Source: Octopus vulgaris
Taxonomy: Eukaryota
Direction: 5' to 3'
Assembly (NCBI GenBank): GCA_951406725.2
Contig: OX597823.1
Span: forward strand, 59,148,001-59,212,000
DNA length: 64,000 bases
The translations under genes were made by a program, and so were the position numbers. Under the pieces are notes generated by a model. That model did not search any database. It was not told the origin of the DNA and worked only from the letters and a program-made list of their open reading frames with translations. Shown here piece after piece: positions 1-13,640 of this stretch (position 1 is its first letter; each line of letters opens with the position of its first letter).

Positions 1-40
<40 letters not shown>

Positions 41-56
41 TAATAATAATAATATG

Positions 57-89
<33 letters not shown>

Positions 90-224
90 TTGTCAATACC
101 ACAGATTTGTTGCAGTGTTTGACATTAACCAGTTGAGCATGTCTTAGTGGCTGACGATATGTGCATCTTGATCACGAGCAGAAGTAGAACAATAGCCATG
201 TGTTGAGGATTATTTGTTAAATAT

Positions 225-296
<72 letters not shown>

Positions 297-305
297 TTCT
301 CTCCC

Positions 306-359
<54 letters not shown>
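1..359 (+). repeat. (TAA)n microsatellite tracts, representative of dozens of simple repeats in the window
   Basis: Seen directly. Others include (GATA)n 12915-13045 and 40350-40540, (TATC)n 30810-30940, (CATA)n 46205-46355, (GAT)n 58540-58632 and (CTA)n 58890-59052. Confidence 0.99.
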
Positions 360-686
360 CTACGAGTATTCTAATACTCACAGAGTCAACGTACGAACAT
401 CTAGAAAAATTGGAGTCCTGTCATATGAGCAAAAGCGTTGCAAGCGTAAGTGCAGAGAGACCAAATATCAACTCCTGATAGATAAAACTGTACTCAAACT
501 GAAAGTAACTTAGCCATGCCATGGATCGACTTTCGTAAGGCGCAGAACATGAACCCTAATTCTTGGATTATGGAATGTATGAACCTCTTCGGTATTGCAT
601 CCAATGTTGAGCGATTTCTTGGAAAAAGTATGGCGTATTGGAGGACGGACCTCACAGCATACGGAAGAAGTTTAGGGAGTTTCTGC
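360..686 (+). mobile_element. R4/Dong-type LINE RT fragment
   Basis: WIDFRKA...[20 protein letters not shown]; homologous to the minus-strand copy at about 20860-21160; starts right after (TAA)n. Confidence 0.8.
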
Positions 687-694
687 ATCACAAC

Positions 695-1140
695 AAAATG
701 GCCACGACATGGTTATTTCATATCAAGATAGACAGGGCATGACCTCGCTGGTGAGGTTGAGTTACAATTTTCTTCTGTTCGAGTACCCCATCCCGCTCAC
801 AAGTTCCCTGGATAAGGGTTGTTTAAGGATGTTGAATAAAACATCCATGTTTCTAGAGGTGAATTATTCATGCCCCGAAGAATTCCTTTCAATATATGAC
901 TATGATGACCCCCCCCCCAACCTACTACTTCTGTTCGTGGTCAGAGATGCACATATCATCAGCCACTAGAGGACATGTTCAACCGGTTAAAGTCAAACAA
1001 GTGACAAGCAAATCGGTGTTAGTGAGTAGAATATTTGCAGCAGTCCATCTTTTATAACAAGGCAAAAAACGTACATAACACTTCCAAACAGTTAAGACGA
1101 GAAGCCATGAAAGCCACTGTCTGTACTCCATCAGGGCATT
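695..1140 (-). mobile_element. Second, partial copy of the (TAA)n-associated repeat
   Basis: Aligns by eye to about 38885-39321. Confidence 0.7.
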
Positions 1141-1159
1141 TACTGTTGTTATTACTATT

Positions 1160-2170
1160 ATTTTCTTTGCACAGGTTCTAACACTGGAGATGTGTTACGG
1201 TGTCAGCTGTTCACTACCAGTGAACTAATGTAACACCTCTTATTTTTCTAGCACCTTCCGGAGTATTCGAGCGGTTCCAAGCAGTGCTGTTTTCTGCAAG
1301 TGCTCCACTCTTATTGCAGCCCTATGTGTTCCATGAACTTCACAAGACTTTTACTCACTGTTCCCAGGGCTCCGACAATTATTGGTACAACTACCATCTT
1401 TACAGCGACCACAACTGCTTAACTTCCCTAGCTAACCTGTCATATCTATCGACTTTCTTTCTTCCTTATCACATACCTTGTTGCCAGCTGGGCATGCTAT
1501 GTCTATGATCCAGCATAGTTTGTTTTCTTTCTCAATTAAGAATATCACTGGCTTCCTATTCTCTATTTCATGGTCGCACTGAATCATAAAATCCCATATG
1601 ATTTTTGCATTATCATTTTCGACGTTGACTTCGAGTTTGTAGTCGTACCAATTTTTTGCTCTGTCAAGTCCATACTTGTTGCAAAGTATCCAATGGACAA
1701 GCCTGGCTATATTGTCGTGGCGTCTCTTATATTCATTCTGGACTAGTGGCGTACATTGGCTGGTAATATACTACACGGCTTCACCATCACTTTCTGATCA
1801 GTTGTCTGTTCTGTATTTTATGTAGTTTGTTCTAAATGCTTGCTCTTGGGCAGTACAGATTAGAACCTTCGTTTTCGGTTTCAAATCACTTTTAGTCATC
1901 CACAGCAATCTTTTTTCTCTGTCTGTTTTATCTTCAACATCCCTATCAAATTGACCATGCATTCTTTTCTTTACCCACCTATTTTCGGTTTCATTCATTT
2001 TCAATTTCTTGTACTTTGCTTTATCTTTGCAATCTTTCATCCTACACAAATCTGACCTTACTTTTAAAAATAGCGGTTCTGTGGAAATTATAACATACCA
2101 TGCTATGTTGTTTTGTTCTGCTCTAATGCTGTGTTCGCATCCAATAAGTCCTCTTCCCCCTCTTTTGGTA
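1160..2170 (-). mobile_element. R4/Dong-type LINE 3' portion (restriction-like endonuclease region), decayed
   Basis: GGRGLI, KRMHGQF, AQEQAFRTNY, YKRRHDNIARLVHW and WDF motifs on the minus strand. Confidence 0.85.
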
Positions 2171-2323
2171 ATGGTTAAACAACTGACAGCAAATCTGTGG
2201 TATTGAGTAGAATATTTTCTGTAGCCCATCGTTTGTACCTAGACAAAGCAATGTGCATGATAGCTCTTCCAGTCAGTTAAGATGAGAACCCATGAGAGCC
2301 ACTTTGTGGTACTGCATCAGGGC

Positions 2324-2395
<72 letters not shown>

Positions 2396-2627
2396 GATGA
2401 TGATGATGATGATGATGACACAGCGATCTAGCGGAATCGTTAGCATGCTGGGCGAAATGTTTAGCAGTATTTCGCCTGGTGTTATGTTCTGAATTCAAAT
2501 TCTGCAGGGGTCGATTTTGCCTTCCATCCTTTCGAGGTCGATAAGTTAAGTACCAGTGAAATACTGGGGTCGATGTATAATCTTATAGACCACTCCCACT
2601 AAATTTCAGATCTTGTATCTAAAGTAG

Positions 2628-2721
<94 letters not shown>

Positions 2722-2723
<2 letters not shown>

Positions 2724-3318
2724 AAATTTTAAGATGGTGCCCCAGCATGACCGCAATTCAAGGATTGAAAGAATAAAAGAATAAGTGATTCATTGAAATA
2801 AACGATGTGAACATTATGATAAATGATGAGCCAACTGCTGTTACTATCTAGATAACGGCCTCCAGGAAGGATCAACAACTTAAATTCGATCCAATAACTT
2901 GATATAATCATACCAATATAATAGAATTTCTCTATATTTCGTTAAAAGATATTTTCTCCATAAGTGAAATTTATGCTCAAGATCCACTCGTTTCTCCGCA
3001 ACATCATTTAATTTCCCTCCAGACTATTTCCATCACACTAGAGAAAAATTAGTGTCAACATAGGACATTCTACGCCAGTGTTTCTCAACCTTTTTACCCT
3101 GGCGCAACCCTTCAAATAAATTACAAATCTCAAGGGCCTCACCCCAGCACAGAAAAAATTAGACATCGCCCCAGCATGGCCACAGCTTGTGAACTGAAAG
3201 TAGATGAAAATAAAAATAAAAATAGAAATAAATATTTTTGTTATCGTAGTTCACATGGTAAATATCATATATATATATATATATACACACATACACACAC
3301 ATACATATGTGTATATGC

Positions 3319-3369
<51 letters not shown>

Positions 3370-4410
3370 CATATATATATGTGTATATATATATATATAT
3401 ATTCATAGGGTGTCAATAACTTAAAGACATCACTAAATATATCCCAATGGTTATATTTTTTGACAACATAATAGGCTAAATAGGATGATATCTATATTAT
3501 AATATTACAATAACCAATAATATGTTATGCATGTATAGTAATATTACGATCATGAAATTAGTATTAGCTTATCTCACTAACCCATAGGAATCTTTTGTGG
3601 AACCCTAGGATTCCGAGGTACCCCGGTTGAGAAATGTGCTGCTCTACACAGTCGTTGATCCTACTACAAAAGCGTTTACTATTTTAAATAAGGGACAACG
3701 TTTGCTGATCAAGAGTGACAGGGTGCTTAACAAGAAAGACATTGGAAGCACTTTCTCTTTAATTTTAGAGATATTTTTAAATGGCTTAATCAGGAAGCAG
3801 GGAAAATCTCCCATAATTTTCGAAAACTTTTGAAACTTTAAAACTTTATGCGGATGATGCTCAATTTCAATGCCTGTAAATTAATAACTTTTGGAAGAAA
3901 CAGAAGTGGGAAAGGAATAACAAAACTCAAAGAAATAATTTTTTAAAATGTGATTAAATTCTAGTTGGAGAGGTAACAAATTGCTAACTCTCACTAACGG
4001 AAATTTCATAATTTCAACTGATTAAGAAAACTTAATAAAAAATAATGATGAATTAAACTTTATTAAATGTTAAATTATTGACAAAATGGAATATGTTTTC
4101 AATAAGATATTAATTATTCGCTTAGAGAAAATATTTTAAGAAATCGGTAAAAAAAATAAAACAAAAACAAAGTAGCCACTAACCTAATATTATTTAAAAA
4201 AATCTTCCTTGTTTTATTTTTTCTATCAATATTTGATACTTAACGAAAACTGATCTTAAAGTATGTATTACAAATTCACTTGAAATTTATAGATGTGCAG
4301 GACATCATAGAAAAAACAAACAAATTAGCTGTGTATATGAAATAATAATGAAGTTCTTCAAAAGATTTAGCCTTTCTTTAAATTTAGATTTATTTATTCA
4401 ATTAAATCCG

Positions 4411-4497
<87 letters not shown>

Positions 4498-4897
4498 TAT
4501 ATATATGTGTGTGTGTATTTGTGTAAACACACACATATACATATACATGTAATATGTAGGTGTACGTGGTTGTGTATCCGTGTATGTTTTTACGTTTATT
4601 GAAAAAAAAAAAGACGTGTCGAGTTTCGTAAGTGGATCTTGAGCATAAATTTCACTTATGGAGAAAATATCTTTTAACGAAATATAGAGAAATACTATTA
4701 TATTGGTATGATTATATCAAGTTATTGGTTCGAATTTAAGTTGTTGATCCTTCCTGGAGGTCGTTATCTAGATAGTAACGGAAGTTGGCTCATCATTTAT
4801 CATAATGTTCACATCGTTTATTTCAATGAATCACTTATTCTTTTATTCTTTCAGTCCTTGAATTGCGGTCGTGCTGGGGCACCATCTTAAAATTTTA
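2722..4897. repeat. 267-bp inverted duplication (arms 2722-2988 and 4631-4897)
   Basis: About 7 mismatches by eye; also visible as the near-identical ORFs 2729..2911(-) and 4708..4890(+). Confidence 0.95.
3076..3641. mobile_element. hAT (Charlie-like) MITE with nested insertions
   Basis: Termini CAGTGTTTCTCAACC and GGTTGAGAAA..GCTG; degenerate 8-bp TSD TTCTACGC / CTCTACAC. Confidence 0.7.
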
Positions 4898-5183
4898 GTC
4901 GAATGTATCGACCCAGTAATTTTTTAAGCCTCTTTTGCCGAACCGCTAAGTTACAAAGACGTAAACACACCAACAATTGTTGTCGGTGAGGGGCGAAAAA
5001 CGCGCACACACACATATACACATATATACGACGGGCTTCTTTCAGTTTCCGTTTGCCAAATCCACTCACAAGGCCTTGGTTGGCCCGAAGCTATAGTAGA
5101 AGACACTTGCCCAAGGAGCCACGCAGTGGGACTGAACCCGGAACCATGTGGTTGGTAAGCAAGCTACTTACCACTCCTGCGCC
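4836..5183 (-). mobile_element. SINE family A
   Basis: Reverse complement of the family A sequence. Confidence 0.88.
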
Positions 5184-5307
5184 TATATGCTTTAGAGATA
5201 CTCTAAATCGGCACATTTAGTTAACATATCATATATCTCCAAGTAGTCTCTAAAGCATCTAGCTATAAGTAATTCTTTTATAAATTGTCTATATTGAATG
5301 ATATAGA

Positions 5308-5514
5308 TTCTTTTATTCTATTTCTTGTTAGTCATTTGACTGCGGCCATACTGGAGCACGACCTTAAGGAGTTTTACTCGAACAAATCGACCCTAGAACT
5401 TATTCTCTGTAAGCCTTATAGTTATTGGTCTCTTTTGCTGGACCACTAAGTTACGGGGACGTAAACGCACCGGCATCGATTGTCAAGCGATGGTGGTGGA
5501 CAAACAAGGACACA

Positions 5515-5567
<53 letters not shown>

Positions 5568-5727
5568 CAGGCCTCTTTCAGTTTCCGTCTGCTAAATCTA
5601 CACACAAGGCTTTGGTCGGCCCAAAGCTATAGTGGAAAACACTTGCCGAAGGTACCACATAGTGGGACTGACCCCGGAACTATGTGGTTGCGAATTAAGC
5701 TTCTTACCACAGCAGCCACTCCTGCGT
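5308..5727 (-). mobile_element. SINE family A
   Basis: Reverse complement of family A with an internal (CA)n tract. Confidence 0.85.
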
Positions 5728-5839
5728 ATATAAAGATATATATGTGTGTGCGTGTGTGTGTATGTGTGTGCGCGTGTGACCGTGTGTGCATCGCTGGCGA
5801 ATATCTTTCTCTGTCTGCCCTTCTTTGGAATTTTTTAAT

Positions 5840-5874
5840 ATGTCTGGTGAAGAGCTCCGCTCGAAATGTGAAAT
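5840..5874 (+). ncRNA. Degenerate minimal hammerhead-like motif
   Basis: AUGU CUGGUGA A GAGC-ucc-GCUC GAAAU GUG AAAU; same architecture as 10774-10809. Confidence 0.4.
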
Positions 5875-5970
5875 CCTCTTTCTTTTCTTTCCTTTCCTCA
5901 GCGTCCAATAACACTGTACTTGTTCCACGTCCTTGCGTTGTTGTTTTTCCTTACTTCTTCATGTTTGGAT

Positions 5971-6028
<58 letters not shown>

Positions 6029-6166
6029 TTTCTGTCTGTCTGATTGTCTGTTTGTTCCACAAAACATAATTGAGACATCATCTCATTTATAAGCGTGGGT
6101 GTTTTGTCCACTTTCAAACTTTAACTATGGTGATGATAATTTTCAAAGAATCGACACTTTTCAATT

Positions 6167-6211
<45 letters not shown>

Positions 6212-8854
6212 CTCCCTCTCTCTTTCACTCTATTTATCTTTCTATCTTTCTATTTGGCCGGAAATTGTCCTGTGACGAGAATGGTCAGCGTTCAAGACAA
6301 TGATGACCATCACACCATATATATTTATTCATTTATTTATTCAAGGATGGTCTGTTCTGCACAATTAAATGCAACCTCTCTCTGTCACTCTCTCTCTCTT
6401 TCTGTCTGACTGTCTGTCTGTCTGTCTGCCTGTCTCTCTCTCTCTCTCTAATGACTGCCACAAGTAAAATAAAAAAAAAAACATTCTAGGGGTTAATACG
6501 TCCAACTAAAAATTCTTCAAAGCAGTGCCCCAGCATGGCCACAAGCTAATTACTGAAATAAGTGAAAGGTGAAAGAACGAAAAGATAAAAGAAAATTATA
6601 AGAGTGGGTGTTTTTGTCCACTTTCACAGCAAAATGGCGCCGCTATTTTTTAACTGTCTGTGTCTCTCTTTCCCCCCTCTCTCTCTCACACACACATGCA
6701 TATATATATATACATGTGTGTATATGTTTACACACACACACACATTATATATATATATATGATTGAATAAGTTAGAGAATAGTTGCGCTTAAAGCTAACA
6801 CAACTAGATCTCATAATGAAGGGAAAAGGTTTCATAACCAAACATCGAATCTGGAGAACTACGCTGTGTGGAAACTATTGTAGTAATCACAAATAAACGT
6901 CCAGCTATACTCCTACTTGTCGAGTCCAACTCATTCAACTATCCATGCACACACTGCAGAAGCCCCAACGCAAATCTGGCAGTACGCATAATACAACTAC
7001 TGGATAGCGCCGGGTGCAATCTGAAGGTAGACGAGCTTTATACTGTACTGTAATACGTTCTAATCAGAATATAACATAATTATATATATATATACTATAT
7101 GAATAATTATTTTCCTCGCTGACTAGATTGATTTTATAAGCGAAACATAGCACCATGTCTTTGATAAATATCTGTGTACTTGAATATTACTGTCTGTGCT
7201 TCCTACAGCATTTTGTGAGCAATCTTGAAGAAACATTGGATTGCCTTATTTATGCACTGAGTACTTCGTGTCTTTTACCTTCATTGAGCCATAAAAAGAG
7301 ACGTATTGAGAACTATATAAGCTCCCACTTCTAATGCGTTCGAATTTTATCTATACTTATAACACAGTGGACGTAAGTTAGGCACGCATAAGCAGATCCC
7401 GGATTAGTAAAATAACATCCTCACTATACATCACTGCTAATAATGTAACTTTAGAACAGAAAACAAAAGCACCGCATCTTTTACAGAGAAATATTGGGAA
7501 AGATATAAAAGAGATATATTTAGTGAGTTTCTCGATGTTAATGCAGCTGAGCCCAATCTGTACATAGAGAGTTATATACGTTTTATATATCTCCGTATAT
7601 GGATTTGTAAAAATACAAAACATTACTCCCTCACTGCTTATACTATAATAGCAGTATTTAAAAGACTGTATGCAATTGTTTCCTTGACTAATGCGCACCA
7701 ATTAGCAATGGAAATACAGCGGCATGTCTAATGCTAATATTTAGACTTCATAGGGTGGTGAGACGGCAGGATCGTTAGCACGCTAGGTAAAATGCTTAGC
7801 GGCGTTTCGTCCGTCTTTACGCTCTGAGTTCTAATACCACCAAGGTCGACTTTGCATTTCATTCTTTCGAGATCGATCAATTAAATACCGAATGAACACA
7901 GGGGTCGATGTAATCGACCAACTCCCCTCCCTCAAAATTGCTGGCCTTGTGCAAAAGTTTGAAACTAATATTTATACTTCCTAATGTATTTTCTGTGAAT
8001 ATCTTTGCATGCATATTAGATTATAACATTTTAGCTCAATATTAGTGTGAACTATTACGCATCATCTTGGAACATTTCAACGTTTTTATACTAGCTATAT
8101 TTACATACACATATATTTACATACACATGTGCGTGTGCACTAATAAATCATTATTTGTGTGGAGTGAGTATTAGTGTATAAGTGCTTTTAGAAACTGACT
8201 TTCCAATCACGACCACCCCAACATTTTAGGATACGTATATTATCTAATGTGTCTTAGAATCAAGAAGGTTTAATGCAGATTTCACTATTATTTCTGTTAT
8301 TTCGGAAGACCAGCTAGCAATTTTTTTCTCGACTCGAGTTCTGACGTTCATTTTGTATGGCTGAGTGATTTGGATATGTTTATCTTTCAATATAGTCCCG
8401 TACATCTTGGTCATTTATTACTTCATTTGTAAGGTCCTAGGAGCAGAAATCTGACCACTTCGTATGCACTGGGTCTTCGAACAGAATAATTTTTCATCCA
8501 ACTTCACTATAAATTTGTATGTATATTTGTGCGTTCATAGAAGCATAGACATCATTCTCACGAGCATGTACTTTTGACTTTCGAGATACAACGCTCTCTT
8601 AAACAAACCATTACTTTCTCCTCGTGCTTACTAACGCTTTGTTTCTTTTTTCTCTATGAATCTTAACATTAGACAATGCAGTTTGGGAGGCGGATTTGTA
8701 TTTGAGAAGCTATTGGCGAAAGCAGCAGTTGTTTCAGATTAATTAAAACATTCCTGTGAAGCATCTTCTACATGGGTGTCAATTTCAGAAATATTATTAA
8801 TATTCATAATGAACGTCATGACAATCTCTTTATTCCCTTACCTCTTTCTCTTCC

Positions 8855-8913
<59 letters not shown>

Positions 8914-9349
8914 GCCTTCCACTCACTTATCCTGTCACCCAATCTTCCTCTTTCTTTAAACGCAGACACGCACATACACACATATGTATATATATTAAAA
9001 ATTGCCATTCGAGATTAATATGGTTTTTATAAAGAATGTCTGATAATATCCCAATGTGTCTGATTCTTTCACCTGCTGGTTTTAAAGAGACAAGATCTAT
9101 TTCAGTCCTCATTGTCTCTATTCTCTTAAAATTAGATCATCTGTTCTAAATTGGATTCATTCTTACTTTCTGTTTTGTTTTGTTTTTAATTTTAAGTACC
9201 CCAAAGAAAATTTTTGTCCACTTATAACTTGAACTATTTTTAGTTGCTCAACTTTTTCAACTCCCAGTATTTCATGTGTGAGTTATTGAATTTGTATTAA
9301 GGATACATTTTACTTACCAAAGGTATTTCCCTAAGCCATATTGATTCCA

Positions 9350-9775
9350 CATTTTGGCACAAGGCCAAATAATTTCGAAGGAAGGGGAAAGTCGATTGCA
9401 TCGACCCCAGTGCTCAACTGGTACTAGTTTTATCGACTCCGAAACAGTCGACCTCGGCGGAATTTGAACTCAGAACATAAAGACGAGCGAGATACCGCTT
9501 AGAATTTTACCCAGATTGCTAACGAGTCTATTAGATTGCTGCTTTATTCCTCGTAGTAAAATTGGTTTCACATTTTGGCACAATGCCAGCAATTTCGGGG
9601 GAGGGAACAAGTCCATTACATCGACCTCAGTATCCAACTGGTACTTGTTTGCTTAACCTTGAAAGAATGAAAGGCGAAGTCGACCTCGGCGGAATTTGAA
9701 CTCAGAACGTAAAAAGAATGAAATGCCACGAAGCATTTTTACCTGGTGTGCTAAAGATTCTGCCAGCTTGCAGAC
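9350..9775 (-). mobile_element. Two tandem SINE family B copies
   Basis: Reverse-complement family B at about 9350-9545 and 9572-9775. Further minus-strand copies at about 17775-17932 and 41290-41450. Confidence 0.82.
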
Positions 9776-9793
9776 CTCTTTCTCTTAGTCGTA

Positions 9794-10179
9794 TCTCTCT
9801 CTATATAAACGGCAGTTTGTCTGTGCGTGTTTCTGTGTGTCTGTTTGCTTGTACCCTCACCCTGACCACGGCTTTCAACCGATTCTGATGAAACTTGACA
9901 CACACACATAGCCCAATGTCATAATTCAAAACTAACGCAGTGAAAATTTTGAAAAGTTCCCCTAGTTCTGAAAAAAATCGATAAATTCGACATGGGGTCG
10001 AGAATCAGGAACACAAACCACAAACTGTGTAGGGGACGCAACTCCACCTTTTTTAACTATCAAAAAAAATTTACCATCATTTTTTTCCATTTTTTTGCTA
10101 TTCTTTGGCTATAACTCTCTAAAAATGCTTTATAGTTATTTCCCTTACAAACCTGAGCAACGCCGGGCGATACTGCTAG
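9794..10179 (+). mobile_element. Non-autonomous Helitron-type element
   Basis: A|TC...TATATAAA 5' end, (GTCT/GT)-rich subterminal tract, 3' GC hairpin (CCTGAGCAACGCCGGG) then CTAG|T; no TSD. Confidence 0.8.
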
Positions 10180-10773
10180 TTGGTAATATTATTCAGCTAA
10201 TGAAAACAACTCCTACTCACCATTTTCTCCAATATTTATAATTATTATTTCTTATTACCATGTAGCACAAGGTCAACGACAAGGTGATGTTGTGATCGTT
10301 CAACCTCATTAGAAATAACTTCCACTAAAGCCTAAATACCAAATGGCACATCAGATGATGCTGTTCTTCACACACTTTATCTAACCGATGTTCACGGTTA
10401 GAAAGCTTCCCCAGGGAGAGACAGGATGCTCACGGCTAGAAAGCATTTCAACATAGAACTAAACAAAAATAACAGCATGATCAATCTAACACCACCTGAG
10501 GTTTTGCACAAACTCCAGACATATGAAGACATATGAAGAGATATTGGCATCGCATGAGAGAGAAAGTAAGAAATAAAGTCATGAACTACTCTTGTGACTC
10601 AAACCGAGATCAAAATTCTATATGATTCAGCATGAAGACAGATGTATCATTAATATATAAGAACATATATTGCTAATATCTAAAGCTGAATATTGCGACA
10701 GACATATATCGCCATGATAGATTGCTAGCCACTATAGCTTTTCTATTTTCTCTCCCTGTTTATTTCTGTGTTC

Positions 10774-10809
10774 CTTTCTATCGAAGAGCGTAGGCTCGAA
10801 ACGTAAAAG
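10774..10809 (+). ncRNA. Minimal hammerhead-like motif (no helix III loop)
   Basis: CUUU CUAUCGA A GAGC-guag-GCUC GAAAC GUA AAAG; two core substitutions. Confidence 0.5.
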
Positions 10810-10893
10810 ACTTTCTCACTTCCCGAGAGATAAAATAATACATCTGTTTGTTATTTACACACTCGTCTTCGTCTTTTTGTTTGTAAATTCTCA

Positions 10894-10936
<43 letters not shown>

Positions 10937-10952
10937 CATATATATATATATA

Positions 10953-12525
10953 CTAGCATTTTGATCCGGCGTTGCCGGGTCATAGTGCTAGTGCATGTAT
11001 ATATGTGTATATATATGTGTACATATTACATGTACAACTATATATAGACATCTACACATAAAGTACAAAATACAAAATTATATCAATGCTCAAAATATAT
11101 AACAGACTGGAATTGTAGGCCCGTCTCTTGCAATTTCGATCAATTGTATCTTGTCCTCTCTCTTGTATAGAAGTGTGGCTACAATCCAGCCTACCTCTAG
11201 TTCTGGGGGTGCATTTTTAATTTTTATCCGGGACGTCCTACGTTCCAGATATAAAGGTAAAAATAAAATATTTCCACTTTGCAAGGTTCGAGTCGAGTAC
11301 TCTCTTGCACGCTCTGTTGACTCGAATCTTGCTTCTATTGTGGCGAATTTACCACCTGTGGTTAGATATCTTTCATAGTCGCACCAAGGCACTTTTCGAT
11401 GGTGCTTTCTTCCAGGTGTTCAAATCTTTTTTTTTCTCTACATTGTATACTTTATAGAAAATAGTCTTTTCTTTAATTTAATTTTTTATTTCGTTTGGTG
11501 GTGTTATCCTAGATTCACCGTCTTTGTCGGTGATCAATCCGAAATACGTTTGTATTTCTTCCATTTTCATTTTAATGAGTTTGCGCCCGCCGACGGCTGC
11601 AGCGAAATTCAATTTGGAACTTTCTTCTATCGAAGGTATTTTAACAAAATTGCTTCCGTATAAACGGTGAAAATATTGTCAATTTCCCCAAACAGGAACA
11701 CAATTCAATATTTAAACAATAACCAAAGCTCTTTATCCCAAAGGGGGAGGGTTACGGTTTACAATTATTTAAAAAATGCAACACAACAACGTTTCCCTTA
11801 CGATGAACCAACAAACGTGATAACAATAGTTAAACAGTAATAATAATAACAACATACCTTACGGTGAATCAAAAAGCAGTACGCAGTTGAAGCTATAGTC
11901 CTTTATGTATAAGAAATAAACCAACAGCAGTACTCAGTAGAAGTGGCTGTTCGAGAAAACAGACATTACATACAGCCAAACTTCATATAGATACTTAATG
12001 CTAGCTAATTAGCAGATAATCTAATGTAAAAGCCGTGGTAAAGGGTATGTGTACAGCTCCATCTAGAACATTCCATTTCTGCACACTAATTTTATTTTTA
12101 ATTTATTCCCATTCATGTGAAACCACTCATTCAAGTTCAAGTCATTGATACAATTTTATACCAATTGCTATTTTTACTTTTAATTGCTATATTACGATTT
12201 AATTATTATATTATACTTTAGTTTGATTTTAATTATTACTTACTACATATAATTCAATTGTTATTATTATCTCTAATTTTTATTGTTAAAGTGAAAGTAT
12301 CTGACATAAAATAGAGAAATGTTTTTGTTTCACGTTTAACGCGTGATACTGAAATAGTGGAGAAGATATGATATTGCTATGGACTAGCCCTAGGCAAGAA
12401 GTTGAACATTTTCTTTTGCTCATGAACCTACATGGACCATAAGTAAGGCATGTGTAAAATATGAATGAAATTGGTTGTGTAGTTCTCAAGTTTTAAGGAA
12501 ACAGACAGACACACATTCTCAGTTT

Positions 12526-12535
<10 letters not shown>
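10953..12535 (-). mobile_element. Helitron-type element carrying foreign internal sequence
   Basis: Minus-strand 5' end TATATAAAACTGAGAATGTGTGTCTGTCTG; 3' hairpin CCGGCAACGCCGG followed by CTAG|T. That the two ends belong to one element is inferred. Confidence 0.65.
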
Positions 12536-12563
<28 letters not shown>

Positions 12564-12879
12564 TCAGGAATTTGAAAATTAGTGGTAGAAGGACGAAAAA
12601 TGATATTCAAATATGTATGTATAAATTTGTGTCGGATTTGTGTGTGCGCGTATGCGTATGTGTATATATGCATTTATATCAACTAATCTCCCTATCTAAT
12701 TATTTCCTTATCTCTGTATTTGTGTATGTGTGTGTACGTATATACAGATATGTCTGTGTATACATATATAAACAAATCAGGATAAGAGAGGCAAAGGGAG
12801 AGGCAATACAGAGAGGCAAAGAATGCCAAACCTTCTATATATAACCTGTATATTAAGTAATCGTGGTATATACATACAT

Positions 12880-12912
<33 letters not shown>

Positions 12913-12913
12913 A

Positions 12914-13045
<132 letters not shown>

Positions 13046-13240
13046 GTGTGTATTTTCCCTTGTTAACAATCAACTCGAAAAAATATATAAATTGTTACCA
13101 GGGTAGCAAAACATCACAGAAGTAAAAGTGTTGTAACTCCTTGTTTTTAAAGTTAGAAACTTCGGGTTTATGTGAAATATTTTGTATAATATTATATATA
13201 AAAAAATAACTGTAGTTAAACGCAGGTGTTATTCAAATTC

Positions 13241-13338
13241 TTTTACTTCCGACACATGTTTCGAATTTATCACTGGTATTATTCCAAAGGAATAAAATGG
13301 TGTAAAACAATGTAATCTCCTCTTCAGGGATGTGAAGA
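13241..13338 (-). ncRNA. Type I hammerhead ribozyme motif (intact core, long helix II)
   Basis: Minus strand: ...CC CUGAAGA G...C GAAAC AUGU GUC GGAAGU; helix III contains the palindrome ACAUGU. Confidence 0.65.
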
Positions 13339-13640
13339 AATGAAACTTGTCAATAAGACATTTTAACAGAAAATGATGGATATGTATAGTGATTAACTGA
13401 ACGCTATTTCACATTCACAAGATATATCTTTTTCCAAGTCTATATGGTTTTATTTAATATGCATATAGTTATATACTTCTCATTTATTTGGTCTTTCGTT
13501 AATTTATCCCTCCTCTTTCTATAGGCTACCTTTGACGTTATATCCTATAACGTTTGTTTGAAACAATCTTAATAGCGTTCAGTTAATCACTATACATATC
13601 CATCATTTTCTGTTAAAATGTCTTATTGACGAGTTTCATT

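Noticed and set aside
360-2170. Twin-priming 5' inversion of a single LINE
   Set aside because: The plus-strand RT fragment lies beyond the 3' end of the minus-strand fragment, with another repeat between, so the geometry does not fit.
9885-9900. CTGATGA followed by AAC (also at 24193 and 151)
   Set aside because: No helix II or helix I pairing; chance occurrences, two of them inside other repeats.
11795-11950. Short spaced repeats resembling a CRISPR array
   Set aside because: Only 2-3 imperfect units with irregular spacing, in a eukaryotic context with no cas genes.
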